From contig NZ_NBYO01000001.1 in assembly GCF_002238045.1 (NCBI RefSeq), positions 1,466,161 through 1,490,160 of the forward strand: 24,000 nt of DNA, given 5' to 3'. Shown piece after piece: positions 22,981 to 24,000 of the stretch. The stretch comes from Notoacmeibacter marinus. GTDB taxonomy: Bacteria; Pseudomonadota; Alphaproteobacteria; Rhizobiales; Rhizobiaceae. How positions within the stretch are numbered: the stretch's first letter is position 1; every line of letters begins with the position of its first letter. A program made the position numbers and the translations under genes. Below the pieces are notes generated by a model. The model did no database searches, had not been told where the DNA came from, and was given only the letters and a program-made list of their open reading frames with translations.

Positions 22981-23340
22981 TCAACAGCGACAATTCAGCT
23001 CATACTCAGGCTCAGGTTCGCAGAAAAGCTCTTGCCGGGGAAATTCGATCTTGCCGCCAGGAAAAGTTGCGAAGAAGCCGCCATTCGCCCAGCACCACTC
23101 GCCATAACCAAATGCCTTCACATGGGCATCGCATGATCGGCCCAAGGCAAGCGTCTCGCGCTCAGACTTGATCTGTGTACCAGCGCCGTGCCCGATGAAT
23201 CGGCCGACCGGATTGACAGACTTCAAGCTATAACCATTGGCATTGCAGGTCAGCCTATATTCATGCCCCTCTCCAGACATGTAGGCCGACGCTGGAGCCG
23301 CGAGGGCTATCAGAAAAATTCCTGCAAGTCCCAGCTTCAT
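22981..23340 (-). CDS. Small secreted cysteine-rich hypothetical protein
   Basis: Start at ATG 23340 after GGAGAGG. Signal peptide MKLGLAGIFLIALAAPASA. The ~100-aa mature part has six Cys. It is the only gene in the lower-GC islet. Confidence 0.55.
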   Translation of the reverse strand: MKLGLAGIFLIALAAPASAYMSGEGHEYRLTCNANGYSLKSVNPVGRFIGHGAGTQIKSERETLALGRSCDAHVKAFGYGEWCWANGGFFATFPGGKIEFPRQELFCEPEPEYELNCRC

Positions 23341-23464
23341 GCGCCTCTCCATGTTGCGTGGAACAGCCGAGCATAGCTGTATCTCGTTGTATTTCAATGG
23401 TTGCCAGTGCAACATGATCCAACATGAAATCAGCCAGATTGAAAACGTAAGCTTTTAAAATAGT

Positions 23465-23541
23465 TGGCGATCCCGACAGGATTCGAACCTGTGACCCTCA
23501 GATTAGGAATCTGATGCTCTATCCTGCTGAGCTACGGGACC
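23465..23541 (-). tRNA. tRNA-Arg (anticodon CCT), 77 nt with encoded CCA
   Basis: Cloverleaf folded by hand: GGTCCCG TA GCTC AGCAGGATA GAGC A TCAGA TTCCTAA TCTGA GGGTC ACAGG TTCGAAT CCTGT CGGGATC G CCA. Confidence 0.9.
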
Positions 23542-23731
23542 GCGCGCTTTCCGCTTAGCAGAAGCGGCCGGGTCTTTCCAAGATGCAAAGAAGGGCGATA
23601 TATCCCTGCGCTCTGGACCGGCGCGGCCGGAACGGCAATATTTGCGCTTCACGTCCGGGACCGTCCCATTGCCGCCGCAACTGGTTGTCAAAGCCGGCCG
23701 GATCAACGCTCAACGCCGTTCAGGACCAAAG

Positions 23732-24000
23732 ATGCGCCACCGCTCCTTCCTCGCCAGCCTTCTCGTGCTCTGCCTGTCCATCGGAGCGGCGGGAGCCAAT
23801 CCGCATATCGTAGTCGACGTCGAAACGGGCAAGGTATTGGCGCACGAACGGGCCTTCGACCGCTGGTATCCGGCCTCGATCACCAAGATCATGACGGCCT
23901 ATCTGGCGTTCGAGGCCGTGCAGTCTGGCGATCTTTCCATGCGCTCGCCCGTCAGGATCACCAAGCGCGCCGCCGCCGAACCGCCGAGCAAGATGGGCTA
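23732..24000 (+). CDS. D-alanyl-D-alanine carboxypeptidase (S11 penicillin-binding protein), N-terminal part; continues past the window end
   Basis: My own translation from ATG 23732 gives MRHRSFLASLLVLCLSIGAAGANPHIVVDVETGKVLAHERAFDRWYPASITKIMTAYLAFEAV..., with the SxxK active-site motif SITK after a signal peptide. Confidence 0.8.
   Translation, partial: MRHRSFLASLLVLCLSIGAAGANPHIVVDVETGKVLAHERAFDRWYPASITKIMTAYLAFEAVQSGDLSMRSPVRITKRAAAEPPSKMG

Noticed and set aside
1-24000. Search for CRISPR arrays, rRNA, IS elements, integrases, transposases, and phage or conjugation genes.
   Set aside because: I saw no regularly spaced short repeats, and no ORF with recombinase, transposase or phage structural motifs. 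The island-like features therefore rest only on repeats and gene content.

Overview
This is a high-GC segment; lines I hand-counted in the core region run about 60-67% G+C. It looks alphaproteobacterial and Rhizobiales-like, which I infer from the protein families and the intergenic repeat style. The left ~11 kb is ordinary. It holds a sitC'-sitB-sitA Mn/Fe-type metal ABC importer (minus strand) divergent from a Fur-family regulator, then class II fumarase, xylulokinase and an orphan TRAP solute-binding protein. A two-gene secreted vWA-domain operon follows, divergent from a LuxR solo. The right half is the interesting part. An 11.5 kb block (11146-22684) encodes a divergently transcribed GT-C-like polytopic membrane protein and a tightly packed 10-gene operon. 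The operon encodes an ArnE-like small 4-TM protein, three methyltransferase domains, an RmlB-like 4,6-dehydratase, a DegT aminotransferase, a PhyH-type oxygenase and WbqC. It also encodes a GT2 polyprenyl-phosphate glycosyltransferase fused to a methyltransferase, a NeuD/PglD-type acyltransferase and a cytoplasmic beta-propeller. I read the block as an Arn/Gtr-style make-load-flip-attach glycan-modification system for an unassigned, heavily tailored 4-amino-6-deoxyhexose. It is not a complete O-antigen locus. The block is bracketed by a 184-nt direct repeat of the luxR 3' end, and the right copy is a frameshifted remnant. Each copy is followed by a fragment resembling the 3' half of the neighbouring tRNA-Arg(CCT). 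A ~0.5 kb lower-GC islet encoding one small secreted Cys-rich protein lies between the clear tRNA fragment and the intact tRNA. I saw no integrase, transposase, CRISPR array or rRNA. The window ends inside a D-Ala-D-Ala carboxypeptidase gene. All family assignments rest on motif recognition by eye; no database search was possible.
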